From: Octopus sinensis
Lineage: Eukaryota
Direction of reading: 5' to 3'
Assembly: GCF_006345805.1 (NCBI RefSeq)
Contig: NC_043003.1
Location: forward strand, 48,236,001-48,300,000
Length of the DNA: 64,000 nucleotides
In this document: positions 10,701 to 24,535 of the stretch, piece by piece
Position numbering within the stretch: the stretch's first letter is position 1
Layout of the letters: each line of letters begins with the position of its first letter
The notes under the pieces: generated by a model
The model's database searches: none
The model's input: only the letters and a program-made list of their open reading frames with translations
What the model was told of the DNA's origin: nothing
Made by a program: the position numbers and the translations under genes

Positions 10701-12464
10701 TGTCTGTGTCTGTTCACAACTATATAGGTACCTAAAACAGGAACAAAAACATGGTGTATAAGAAGGAAATTTTTTTTCTGCTGCTAACTCACAACAGCTG
10801 AGAGATATTGGTGAGTGCAGTAATTTCTTCAGGTTTTATGTGTTTTTGGTATGGTTGTGCTTTTGTCAAGCCCTTAACCTTCTGCATTTTCAGATTTCTC
10901 AATTACTTTTTGAAATGAGAACTTGAAGATATTGATGAATTCACTAATTTCTTCTGGCCCTTGGTATTGTTGATGTGCATTTGTAATATTGCCAGACCAT
11001 GAGATTTTGGGGCTTTACAATGTCTTTATACAGATTTTCTGGTGTCTAATAGAAGGATGGGGTTAAAGTCATGATCTAGGTGAAAGATGTGTTGTTTAAC
11101 TTTTGTGTTTGTGTAGTTTTTGATAGATGGTTTTAAAAATTGTTTGACAAGGGAGTTTGATTGCTATTGCATGTGAATATGCTACTTGCAGTCATTACTA
11201 CAATGTATGAATTAGTATGACCATTGTATGACCATTGTAAGATTTATTGATACTGTTAATTTGTATACAATTTTGCTACTTGTTCTATGGTTTCTATTGG
11301 ATACCAATGTTTGCTAGTGTTTTTTTCTTTCATCTTTTTGTTTATTTTCTTTATTTCTTTTAGTTACTTCATGCTGTGTTGCTATGATTTCAGTTGTGTT
11401 GTGATTAACTCTCTCCTTGCCAATTTCGTGTGTGTTGCATAGCTACACTGGGTTTCTGGACCAAATCTCACTAATTTTTTTAAAAAGGAATGTTTTGTGT
11501 CAGAAAATGTGTTTTTTTTTTCCATGAAAACACATATTTGTGGCCCTAATCCATCTGGTTGATTGGGAGAGGTCTGTCTATATTCCGTTGGGTAGCACCA
11601 TCACCAAAATGGTGGGTTCATTTCATTTATTGAAGCTCCTCATTCATCATTATCTAACTTAATAGTATGAACTGCACTGCTCTACACACTCATGTCATCC
11701 TGTTCAAGTCCATTTTTGCTTTCAAAATCACTATCATTACCATAATTATCCCCCTGTTCACTTACCAGAATCTAAAATTTGGGCTACAACTCAATAAGTG
11801 GACCATTTTTGGTGATTTGGATCTACAAAAATCAAAACAGTTCATACAGACATACTGATGTATCAACCATAGGCTCTGAATGGTCTGGTAGTTAGGTGAC
11901 TTGTTTATACACAAGGACATTTGGCAGCTGAGAGATCAGCCACTTGCATTGTGGGTTCTCAACAATTTGACTACTCTTATCAGAGGGTTAATGTTGTCTC
12001 TAGTTGATGTCAGATTGGCTGTTAAGAGCAGTGTGAGGATGGAACATGCTTCCATTTCTGTATTTGTTTTGGCACGTAAAAAGCACCATTCGAGTGTGGT
12101 CAGTGCCTGTGCTGCCTGACTGGCCTCCATGCTGGTGGCACATAAAAAGCACGCACTACACTTGGAGTGGTTAGTTGGTGTTAGGAAGGGCATCCAGCTG
12201 TAGAAACCCTGCCAGATCAGATTGGAGCCTGGTTCAGCCTCCTGGCTTGTCAGTCCTCAGTCAAACCATCTAACCCATTCCAGCAAGGAAAGTGGACATT
12301 AAACAATGATGATGATGATAAGATAGTTCCTACAGGGAAGTGCAAAAGCTACTTTCCATTTCAAAACTAAATTTTCTAATTATAAAGTAAAGACATTTTC
12401 CAGTTAGATATATTTATTTTAGAATTGAAATTAGTTTGAATTTATTGTGAAATGTAAAAAATAA

Positions 12465-12718
12465 TAAATGCGCCCTTTTAAAGCCTAGCCAGGCTCTTGG
12501 ACCCGTTTTCCCAGTTTCTATAGTGTATGTATTTCCCAGCTGGATGGGACGCCAGTCCATCACAGCATTACTCATTTTTGCCAGCTGAGTGGACTGGAGC
12601 AACATGAAATGATGTGTTTTACTCAAGAACACAACGCATCGCCCAGTCCAGGAATCGAAACCACAATCTTACAATCTTGATGCCGACACCCTAACCACTA
12701 AGCCATGCACCACCTCCA
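12465..12718 (-). mobile_element. SINE family C with a different (V-SINE-like) 3' part
   Basis: Same head and core as 7488, followed on the minus strand by GATGGACTGGCGTCCCATCCAGC instead of the 7488 tail. Confidence 0.75.
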
Positions 12719-12744
12719 CATTATGAAATGTAACATTACTCAAA

Positions 12745-13000
12745 TGCCTTCCATTTTCAGTTTTATATAGTTGAATCCTTTTTAGGCAGTGTTCCAACAC
12801 AATTCAAACTGTATCTGGTTCCAATACTCTAATTGCTTTTAGAATGTTATTCTTCAGTTTCTGGCATATTTGCAGCTTGTTTACATAGGCTATTTCTTTA
12901 AGATAATTCCAGTAGTGTTGGATGGGGTATGGGAAGAAATTAGGTGCAGACAAATCTAGAATGGAAAATGAATTTTGAATCATACTGTACATCACTTTTG
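12745..13000 (-). mobile_element. Tc1/mariner-superfamily transposase C-terminal relic
   Basis: The minus ORF SILDLSAPNFF...WNYLKEIAYVNKLQICQKLKNNILKAI...ENGRHL follows the SPDL.P.DFFLWGYLK..VY.NKP...LK..I pattern, with an internal stop. Confidence 0.6.
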
Positions 13001-16000
13001 CTGAAAAGTGATTTTGTTTTGTTTGTTGTTGTGTGCATATTGTAATGATGATGATGATAGTGATAGTTAGTTAAACATAAAACTGATTTGCATATTAATT
13101 CAGATATGCAAACAAAAACAGCTTTCAGTTTAGTAAAGGACCAAGTAAAACTCAATTAACAAACAATTATGTTTAATTGACCCTGCATGTAACTCTGCAC
13201 ACTTTTAACTTTGGGACAATTCCAGTCCACGCAGTTTTGATGTGTACTTTCCATTAGTGATCACCATTTTGTCCCATTTTCGCAGTCAGTAAATTTGAGA
13301 ACTGAATGAACATAACGTAATCTCATTCCCCACTTTCTTGAATAAGTTTTTGTTTTTTAATTCTAAACTGGTAATTTCCATAGTTGGTAGATGGGTGAGT
13401 TGGTGGGGGTGAGATGTTTGCTTACTCTCTTTTCTCTCTCTTTTACTTGTTTCAGTCATTTGACTGTGGCCATGCTGAGCAAATCGACCCCAGGACTTAT
13501 TCTTAGTAAGCCTAGTACTTATTCTGTCAGTCTCTTTTTGCCGAACTGCTCAGTTACGGGGATGTAAACAAACCAGCATCAGTTGTCAAGTGATGTTGGG
13601 TGGGGGGCAAACATAGACACACAAACATATACACACACATATATATATACAACGGGCTTCTTTCAGTTTCTGTCTACTAAGTCCACTCACAAGGCTTTGG
13701 TCAGCTCAAGGTTATATATAGTGGAAGACACTTGCCCAAGGTGCCACGCAGTGGGACTGAACCCAGAACCATGTGGTTGGTAAGCAAGCTACTTACCACA
13801 CAACCACTCCTATGCCTATGCTTGTGTAGAATAGAAAATGATGTATCTTTAATTAGCAAGGTGATGTATGTGGTTTTGGTAGTGAGGTTGTAAGGTTGTA
13901 AGGCTGATGAGGTTTGTAAAGTTGCAATGCTGCTGTATTTTCTCTAATCTTATCTGTATTGTTTTTATATCTAGCTTTGTTGCTATTGTTTAGAAGACCT
14001 TGATGAAAAGCACTGTAACTGGAGCCACCATGTTTTATCTGTACAACTAAATAATCCTATGTGCCCTTCTTTTTAGGACTACATTTATTCAGTGTGTCCT
14101 TTTTCCTTTTAAGCCAGCAGAGGCTTCTTTGTTGGCTGACAGGTGGAAAGTGTTTGGGAGCGGGGTAGCAAAAATAGTACTGGGAGGTGATAAAAGCTTC
14201 ACACATTTTTATTCTCACATACATGCATACTCGTATGTACACACACACACACAGACACACATACACTACTGAAAAATGTGTAACTAAGCATCAGATTTGT
14301 TATTTCAAATGTTACCTTTTGTGGGTCATCTCCCTCACTCTCCCCATACCCCTAAACTAGTCAAATACACTCTAGTTGCATTGTTCCTATATCTAGAAAA
14401 CTAGGTCAGAATAATTTTGAAATTTAGAGTAGAATGATTTTGGAGGATGAAGAATTAGGAGTTGTAGCAGCAGCAGTAGTTGCAACAGTTTATTGTTTAC
14501 CCCCAGGTCAACCTATAATCAACCTAGGCAACCTATAATCAGAAGTAATTCCAATCATGACCTATCATTTTATGCAATGTAATATGTCCTTATTAAAGAC
14601 AGTAGCATGTGATTTAAGGGAAATGGGCTACTGCTTCTAGCAGGTTGAATGGCCAGTCCGGAAGGACATTGTAGAATTGGTTGGTTCCCTCCAATTGTCA
14701 TTACAGCTAAGATGTTACTTGCTTACTTAAGCCCTTTGCCTTCCAATGTAGCATTCAACATTTATTCGTTTATTCTTTTACTTGTTTCACTCATTTGACT
14801 GCGGCCACACTGGAGCACTGCCTTGAAGGGCTTTACTCGAACAAATCAACCCCACAACTTATTTCTTAAACTTAGTACTTATTCTATCGGGGTCTTTTGC
14901 TGAACTGCTAAGTTATGGGGATCTAAACACACCAACACTGGTTATCAAGTGGAGATGAGGGAACAAACACAGGCACAAAGACACACACATACACACACAC
15001 ACACACACACACATGATGGGCTTCCTTCAGTTTCTGTCTAGCAAATCCACTCATAAGGCTTTGATCAGCCTGAGGCTATAGAAAAAGACACTTGCCCCAG
15101 ATGTTGTGGGACTGAACATGGAACCATGTTGTTGGGAAGCAAGCTTCTTATCACAGAGCCATGCCTGCACCATTGGCAGCTTTTCTCCATCTTTTTGACT
15201 ATGGACTGTTTTCCTGGTGGTCAGATGGAGAGTCAGCTTCACAATTTCCTTTCAGATTGTGCAGCACCAAATGCGATCCTCTCTCTGGTCTTGTTGGTTT
15301 TGGACCATAACCAATGCTTCAGTAACCTTGCTTTCTTCTAGGTAGGGATGTTGGCCCATTTTTACATATGGAGGAAATGTGGTCCATATTAGTCTGGCCT
15401 CTGACCTTTGACCCATCCAGCATGAGGGGTCCTACCAGGAGCTTGCTTCTGGGTCATTAAGAGACATAAGGCACCACATCACAACAAGGACTGTGCAAAT
15501 TACAGGAACACACACACATATATATGTAGAAGGTTGAAGAGTAACATATGAGTTAATATGTTCAAGGAAAATAGGACAAAGTAGAAATTGCTATATTGCC
15601 CCCTGACTGATCCTGTGCTGGTGGCACATAAAAAGCTCCATTCAAGTGTAGTCGTTGCCAATGCCACCTGACTGGCCCCCGTGTTGGTGGCACGTAAAAA
15701 GCATGCACTACACTCTTGGAGTGGTTGGCATTAAGAAGGGCATCCAGCTGTAGAAACCATGCCAGATCAGATTGGAGCCTGGTGCAGCCTCCTGGCTTGC
15801 CAGTCGTCAGTCAAACCATCCAACCCATGCCAGCATGGAAAGCGGACGTTAAAAGATGATGATGATTTATATATGTATCATTTTGCTGCTTTCAAACATT
15901 GATTTCTGGACAAGCTAGTCCTCCTTTCTAGAGCATCAACTTCAGGATTAGACTACAACTTGTATCAACTTCCAGATATCTCTGTATGTGTGGGAGGGGA

Positions 16001-16429
16001 ATGTGTGTGTGTGTGAGAGAGAGAGAGAAAGAGATAGAGGTAGACACATACAGAGAGATATACTTGTAGACATAGACAGAGAGAGAGAGAGAGACACACA
16101 CATGCACACATACACAGACTTTGTTGAAAGTGGTCCTGTTTACATGTATCTCTGCAGAAAAAAAAAACTTTGGAATTATTGCCACTGTCTCCAATAGATG
16201 CCATAGCCACTAGTGTCCACTTAAACTTGACCAACCACAGATGTCTAGGTGACAGATACCTAGGTAGCCTTGCTTCTGAAAAGTGCCCAATGTCATAGGT
16301 TACAATGACATTAAAAGTGCCCCTTACCTTCCCACCAGGTTATCTGTCTGACATAATCCTGACCCCTCTCAACTATCATAGATACTTAGCGTTGAAAACT
16401 CAGAAGCTTTTGACAAACCAATTCTGTAA

Positions 16430-16740
16430 ACTCTTTCTCTCACTTTGTTTCTCTGTTTCTTTCTTCTTTTTTTTTTCTCTCTCTCTCTCTTTCTCTGTCC
16501 TTGTATTTTTCTTTTTCTATCCTTGTTTGTCTATCTCACTTATTCTCTGCTTGTCTCTTTCTCTCTCTTCTTCCCTATGCATCATTGTCTGCCTGTCTCT
16601 CCCTCTTATTGTCTGTTTATCTACTCTTTCTCTCCTTACATGTCAACTTTTCTTATCTTTGTCTGTCTCTCTTGCTCTTTCTTTTTCTTTCTCATTATTT
16701 GCCTGTCTATCCCCCTCCCTCCCCCCTCTCTCTAGCTTAA
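16430..16740. repeat. Polypyrimidine/polypurine low-complexity (CT-rich) tract
   Basis: About 300 bp of CT/TCTC repeats, which accounts for the Leu/Ser/Phe-rich ORFs in the track. Confidence 0.85.
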
Positions 16741-17148
16741 CTGTCTCTAACCCCTTGCAACTATTCACACTGACCAGCTGTGTATCTATATATCCTATAC
16801 ATCATATATATATACAAATGAAATAAGTAACCAGTTGCTTGAAATCTTCACCAAATGAGTAATTAACTCTTATTGATTTAAAGAAAAGTCAGAGGAAATG
16901 GCATATGATGTTGTGACAGTCATGCTGCCTTCACCCATTAGTGGAATCTAACTGGAGCAGAGGAAATGAGGGAGAGAGGAGGGGGCGGATCAAAACCTGA
17001 TTGTTGAGTTGTCTTGCAGAGGAGTTAGTGGGTGTGTGATATCTTAACTTGTACCCCGGGTCTACAGTTTCTAGGTACAGTTTATAAATAAAATCTGCAC
17101 AGTACTTTTCAGCCCATATGTCATATACACCTTTGACACATACACATG

Positions 17149-17182
<34 letters not shown>

Positions 17183-18066
17183 CGCACACACACACACACA
17201 CTTTCCTAAATATCTCCCCTCTTACACTCCAGGTGGGTTGGTATATTACATTCTGCAGTATGGTGGAGTCAGGGGTGGGTGGGGGCGACTTTTCAGTTAT
17301 TTTAGAAATGAGTAATGCTGTTTCTTTTAATGTTGTCTTTGCGGATGTCATTGCTTTTGTTACTATTAGTGATGATGTTGTTGTTTGGTTTGTGAGGTGT
17401 GGGGATGGAATCAGCCTTGATCCCCCTTGTAGATTATATGATCAAAAAAAATATAAAGAAAGGATTTATTTTATCTTATGCTCTACTGGTTCTGCCTATC
17501 CCAAGTCTGAGTTAGCTCACTGGCCCATACAGAGTTAGCATTGTGACACATAGAGAACTCTCTCTCACACACACACACACACACACATACGCACGCATAT
17601 ACACAATCCCCAATAACCTAAACTGGTTACTTATTGAGCCATGAAAAAATAATAATAATAATAATAATATATATGTGTGTGTGTAGAAACTTTGCCAGAT
17701 CAGATTGAGCTTGGTGCAGCCTGTAGCTCACCACTCCTCAGTCATACTGTCCACCCAAAGCAGATGTTAAACGTTGATGGTGATTGTAATAATCTATATA
17801 TATATATACATACATACATACATGTAATGTCAACAAGAAACTATGACATTACAACCAACCAGAAACAGTCTTTGCTACATTTGCGGTACCTGCCAGAGGG
17901 AGTGTTTGTCCAGGATAGGATTACACAGCCACAGCAGGAAATGTATCAGGGCATGAAATGTAAAAGCCGGACTAGACTATTTTATGCGCAACTCCATTGT
18001 CTCCCGAGACAAAAAGGATGCCAACAACATAAACATAAAAACATACATACATACATATATATATAT

Positions 18067-18113
<47 letters not shown>

Positions 18114-20442
18114 ACATATGAATTGCCAATAATATTTTTGCAAATAGACATGAAGCCTTAAGAAAATAGTTATGTAAGATATTCAAAAATAACATTTTCA
18201 TAAATAAATATTATGACATTTAATTTATTATGCTGAAATATTTGTAAAGCAACCCCAACAGCAACGACAACATCTCTACCATCAGTCAAGGAAGTCTCAA
18301 TGTGAAACGTTCAGGTTGCTGAAAATAGCTGCTGTTTCAACCCATTTAGCAATCACATTAATCTGTCAAATGTGATGCTTATTTATTTCCATTGTTTTAA
18401 ATTAATCATGCATTATCTTGTAGCTTCAAGATTTTGATGATGTAATTGTTTATTTTTAGAATGACATTGTAGGTTAGGTGTGAGAGGCTAGATCTGGCCA
18501 GTTTGAACATAAAACATGTAAAATATTTGGGCTTGAAGTGGTTGGTTTAAATGCTAAAGGGTTAACTAAGGGAAGGTCACATGAGGTAATGTAGTCCTAT
18601 ATACATTCTGAGTTCGAGTTCTGCTGAGGTTGACTTTGTCTTTTAACCTTATGGAGTTGATGGAATAAGTACTAATCAAGTTTTGAAGGCATGTGGCTTA
18701 ATGATTAAGCTGTTAGACTCATGATTGTAAGGTCTGGGGTTGATCCTTGGTCTTGGTGGTGCATTGTCTCCTTGGGCAAGGCATTTCATTTTCATTTCAT
18801 ATCACTCCAGTCCACTCAGCTGAAAATGAGTTGTATCTGCTGCAGAGTGGTACCTTACAGATTTGCCCCAAATGTTGCAATTGGGGCTGTGGAATCAGAG
18901 TTGGAAACAACTAAGGGGTAGCCAGGGTCAGTAAAACTATACCGACTCTGACTCACAATATCTTTATTCTTTAATATAAACCAGTTATAACATATAGGCC
19001 TACTCAAAGTACAAGTGTATGCATATGCTTTATTAAATATGTAAACCACAATCACTTAATTGCATAAAGAGGAGTTAGAGTCAGAGGATCCAATAGTAGA
19101 GAAGTCAGAGTCAGAGTCGAAGTTTTTTGTTTTGACTCCACAGCCCTGGTTGCAATTCCAAGATATCAACAGCTCTTCATGGCTGCTATAACACATTTGA
19201 TGGATGGATGGATGGATGGATGGATGAATGGATGAACTTTCAGGTGGTCAGGTAATTGGGCTGTTTTTATTGGTTACCTCCAATACCATCATTGTTGTTA
19301 TATATTCAAATCTTGCTCAGATCAACTTTGCCTTTCATCCTTCCAGGGTTAATAAAATAAAGAACCACTCAAGTACTGACATCATTATGGATTGTATTGG
19401 ATTTCCCATGTTCAGTCCACTGCAGGACTAAGGCTTCAGCATGTCCCCTCCACCAGAGACTGGCTTGAGATCATACACATTTGATGAGCCTACCCTGTCA
19501 CACTGGCTCAATCAACATGGCTTGGCAGAGGGGTCCAGTTTTTATACTCTTACCCAAGAGTTGTTAAGTTGATCACATTGACCCCAGTGCTCTACTGGTT
19601 CTGTAATCAACTTATTTCAGCCCTAAAAATGTGTAGACCTTGTGTCTGAGTTAGAAATTATACTCCCATTTAATAATATTCACAATGTAGTCACAAGCCC
19701 TGAAATTCTAGGGTAAGGGTGTTAGTCGATTACATCAATCCCAGTACTTTACTAGTACTTTATTTACAGCCCAAGTGGAGTGAAAGGTAAAGTTGGTCTC
19801 AGCAGGATTTGAACTCAGAGCATAAAATGCTAGAACAAATACTACAAAGCGTTTTTGACACCCTAACGATTCTGTCAGTTACTGCCATTTGTTTCTAATT
19901 GAGGCACAAGACCAACGATTTTGAAGTAGAGTCTTAATCAAATTTATTCTCCTTTTTACATGACTTTTACTTTATTTTATTAACCTTAGAAAGATGAACA
20001 GCAAAGTTGGCCTTAGCAGGATTTATATTGAAAATATAACTTACATCATGAAGCATTTTGTCTGATATCTACCAATATTTCTCCTCGTGTTAACACTTTA
20101 CCGATACTTTATCTTCTTGACCTACCCCACTCCCTGTAGTTATATTGTTATTTCTTATCACACACACCTTTCACCAGTACCTGACTAATACTTTATTTGA
20201 TTAATCCCAGAATGATGAAAGACACATGGTCTTCATCAGTAAGATTTGAATTTATAATGAAAATGAACAGGCATGGCTGTGTGGTAAGAAACCTGCTTCC
20301 CAACCACATAGTTCCTGGTTCAGTCCCATTGCATAGCACCTTGGGCAAGTGTTTTCTACTAGAGCCTCAGGTCAACCAAAGCCTTGTGAGTGGATTTGGT
20401 TGACAGAAACTGAAAGAAGCCCATCATATATACATATATATA

Positions 20443-21725
20443 TTGGTTCATCCCATAAATAAAGCGTTTTTTTTTCAATTGCATGAACTAAAAGTTGGAG
20501 AGGGACGGGATAAACTACCTGCATTTACTTTCTATAAGAGCAGGTAGTAATTTTACCTTCTACTTATTCTTAGTGCAAGTTCTGAAGAGTGCAGTTCAAT
20601 TTTAACAGTTATTTTTTCAAAGCTATAATGGAAGTGACAAAGAAATATATTCAACATATCTTGCTTTATGAATTCAATAAAGACAACAATGCAACAAAAT
20701 GTATGAGGAATATTAATGCAGTATATGGGGATTAGACAATAAGCTTAAGCCAGGGTCAACAGTGGTTCCAGAAATTCCAAGCTGAAAACTACAACCAAGA
20801 CGACGAGCCTCATCCTGGAAGATCTGTAGAGCTCAACGAGGACATCCTGCAAACCTTGGTAGAACAAAAAAATATAGTAATTGTTGAGAAACTTGCAGAG
20901 AAGCTTGGATTTGGTCATTCAACCATTCATCAATGCCTGCATGTCATCAGCAAATTGGATCAGTGGGTTCCTCACAACCATTCTGAGTCTCATTGTGCAC
21001 AGAGAGAGAATGTGTGCACTCTTCTTTGTTGACACGTCTCACAAATGAACCATTTTTTGGACCAAATAGTAACTTATGATGAGAAATGGGTTCTCCATAA
21101 AAACATCAAGCGCTGAAAACAGTGGGTAGGGAAAGGAGAAACATAGGCACCCCAGGTTAAAGATCTTACCCACATAAGGTGTTGTTATCTGTTTGGTGGG
21201 ATATGAAAGGTTTAGTGCACTTTTAACTTTTAAACCAAAACCAAAACCAAACGATGACAATAGAGATCTACTGTGAGCAGCTTGAGTGGCTTAACTCAGC
21301 ACTAGAAAATGATCCTCTTGGGTTTCAAGATGAAAGGTGTTCTTCCATTAAGATAATGTTTGGCCACATACAGCGAGGATGACATTCTAAAGGCTGAAGC
21401 AGTTCGAATGGTAAATGATGCCCCACCCATCATATTTGCCAGACATTGCCCTGTCTGATTATCATTTATTCTGCAGTCTTCAAAATTATTTGGACAGAAA
21501 AAATATGAATTCTGTAGACGTGGTCAGAACAATACTGGAGGAGTATTTTTCATCACGGACAAGAAAATTTTGGAAGAGAGGCCTTGCAAGTCTACCAGAT
21601 AGAAAGAAGAGCATTGTAGAAAATGAGGGAGAGTGTATTTTAGATTAAAAACAGAACTTTGTTTACCTTAATTTTGAAAAATAAAAGAAGTATAAAAAAA
21701 CCGCTTTATTTATGGGATGACCCAA
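20443..21725 (+). mobile_element. Full-length defective mariner (DD34D) transposon, about 1.28 kb
   Basis: TIRs TTGGTTCATCCCATAAATAAAGCG / CGCTTTATTTATGGGATGACCCAA, with TA on the left and TG on the right. The transposase relic carries WVPH, VTYDEKW and HPSYLPDIALSDYHLF motifs. Confidence 0.95.
20628..21648 (+). pseudogene. Mariner transposase pseudogene
   Basis: Runs from ATG 20628 (MEVTKKYIQHILLYEFNK...) to TAA 21648, with in-frame stops (e.g. YGD*) and frameshifts. Confidence 0.9.
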
Positions 21726-23168
21726 TGTGTGTGTGTGTCTGTGTTTGTCCCCCATCTCCACTTGACAACTGGTGTTGGTGTGTTTACATCCCCATAACTT
21801 AGCAGTTCAACAAAAGCGATGGATAGAATAAGTACTGGGGTTGATTTCTTCAACTAAAACTCTTTAAGGTGGTGCTCCAGCATGGCCGCAGTCAAATGAC
21901 TGAAGCAAGTAACAGAATGGACGTACTAGCAATAATAAATAAATAAATGAATATTTTGATTTTCAATATTTTAGCTCCCTATGAGGAAACGATAAGAAGT
22001 TATGAGTTGATAGGTATAAATAACTTCACAGAAACCTTTGTGCTTTTACACATAGCTTGACATTTTAGTAAATACAGGAAGTACAGCATAGCATAGTGGT
22101 CTCTGTACAAGATAACAGCATATTAGGAGTGAGAGTGATGGGGGTGGGGGTGGCACGGGGACTGGCTGTAAAGAAACTTATTGACATGGTATTGAGAGAG
22201 AGGGGAATATATTAAAGAGCTAAGAAACATAATAACAATGTTTCCTTTATTATAATGCTATCATTAAAATGTCTCTCTTGCAAGACTTCCTCAAAAAAAT
22301 ATGTCCATTAAGTTTGTTTATTTAATTTCTACCATCATAACATTCCAACTGTTCCAAACTGTACCTGATGATCCATTCAAATGGGTTGATTGATATATGC
22401 TTAAACAAAATGTGGTTTGTTTAATTTTTATGGGCTAAGACTGACGTCAGATCTTTAAGTTTGTTCCCATATTTTATCCCTCATGCAAGTTTTTTTCCAA
22501 GTAGACATTTTGAAGTTCTATTCTGCAGGCATTAGCATTGAAATAATAACAATAGTAATGGTTTCAAATTTTGGCAATTTTTATGGGAGAGAATAAGCTG
22601 ATTACACTGTCTTTAGTGCTCAACTGGTACTTATTTAATCAACCCCAAAATGATGAAAGGCAAAATTGACCTCAGCAGAATTTGAACTCAGAACCTAAAG
22701 AATCCGAAGGAATGCTGCATTGCATTTTATTCAACTTGCTAATGATTCTGTCAGCTCACTGTTTTAATGATGATGTTGATAATCCTTTCTACTAGAGGCA
22801 CAAGGCCTGAAATTTTGTGGGAGGGGATTAGTCGATTACACTGGTACTTAATTTACCCACCCTGAAAAGATGAAACGGAAAGTCGATGATGATAGTGATA
22901 ATAATAATTATTATTTTTTTCTACTATGGGCACAAGGCCAGAAATTTTAGGGGAGGGTACTAGTTAATTATCTCAATCCCTGTGCTTGACAGCTACTTAT
23001 TTTATTGACCCTGAAATGATGAAAAGCAAGTCCAACCTTGGTGGTATCTTGAGCTCAGGTTGAAAAGCCAGAAGAAATGTCACTAAGCATTTTATCTGGT
23101 GTGCTAACAATTCTGCACACTCACCACCCTCAAATAATAACAATAATAATAACAACCAGTGTTACTAT

Positions 23169-24535
23169 ATTTTACACCAGTGTCACTTTGATGGCATGCA
23201 CTGCTCTCTCACTCAATAATAATATTTTACCCCAGTGTCACTCTGATGGCATGCACTGCTCTCTCACTCAATAATATTTTACCCCAGTGTCACTCTGATG
23301 GCATGCACTACTCTCTCACTCAATATAATATTTTACACCAGTGTCACTCTGATGGCATGCACTACTCTCTCACTCAATAATAATTTTTACCCCAGTGTCA
23401 CTCTGATGGCATGCACTACTCTCTCACTCAATAATAATATTTTACCCCAGTGTCACTTTGATGGCATGCACTGCTCTCTCACTCAATAATAATATTTTAC
23501 CCCAGTGTCACTCTGATGGCATGCACTACTCTCTCACTCAATAATAATATTTTACACCAGTGTCACTCTGATGGCATGCACTACTCTCTCACTCAATAAT
23601 AATATTTTACCCCAGTGTCACTCTGATGGCATGCACTACTCTCTCACTCAATAATAATATTTTACCCCAGTGTCACTTTGATGGCATGCACTGCTCTCTC
23701 ACTCAATAATAATATTTTACACCAGTGTCACTCTGATGGCATGCACTACTCTCTCACTCAATAATAATATTTTACCCCAGTGTCACTTTGATGGCATGCA
23801 CTGCTCTCTCACTCAATAATAATATTTTACACCAGTGTCACTCTGATGGCATGCACTACTCTCTCACTCAATAATAATATTTTACCCCAGTGTCACTTTG
23901 ATGGCATGCACTGCTCTCTCACTCAATAATAATATTTTACCCCAGTGTCACTCTGATGGCATGCACTACTCTCTCACTCAATAATAATATTTTACCCCAG
24001 TGTCACTTTGATGGCATGCACTGCTCTCTCACTCAATAATATATTTTACCCCAGTGTCACTCTGATGGCATGCACTACTCTCTCACTCAATAATAATATT
24101 TTACCCCAGTGTCACTTTGATGGCATGCACTGCTCTCTCACTCAATAATAATATTTTACACCAGTGTCACTCTGATGGCATGCACTACTCTCTCACTCAA
24201 TAATAATATTTTACCCCAGTGTCACTTTGATGGCATGCACTGCTCTCTCACTCAATAATAATATTTTACCCCAGTGTCACTCTGATGGCATGCACTGCTC
24301 TCTCACTCAATAATAATATTTTACCCCAGTGTCACTCTGATGGCATGCACTGCTCTCTCACTCAATAATAATATTTTACCCCAGTGTCACTCTGATGGCA
24401 TGCACTACTCTCTCACTCAATAATAATATTTTACCCCAGTGTCACTCTGATGGCATGCACTACTCTCTCACTCAATAATAATATTTTACCCCAGTGTCAC
24501 TCTGATGGCATGCACTGCTCTCTCATTCAATAATA
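23169..24535. repeat. 55-bp minisatellite, about 25 copies
   Basis: Unit TTTTACCCCAGTGTCACTCTGATGGCATGCACTACTCTCTCACTCAATAATAATA. Period 55 measured at 23461/23516/23571. Bounded by (AAT)n. Confidence 0.97.

Larger units (their letters stand above)
20267..21915 (+). mobile_element. SINE family A interrupted by a mariner
   Basis: Head half 20267-20440 and tail half 21726-21915 are separated by the mariner, which sits in the central TA tract. Confidence 0.85.

Noticed and set aside
12804-12995. Minus-strand host exon
   Set aside because: It has an acceptor-like site, but the peptide matches a Tc1/mariner transposase C-terminus and has an internal stop.
20628-21648. Domesticated or active mariner transposase
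   Set aside because: Multiple stops and frameshifts; no fusion partner exon seen.
23169-24535. CRISPR array
   Set aside because: Units are contiguous and near-identical, with no unique spacers and no cas genes, in a eukaryotic context.
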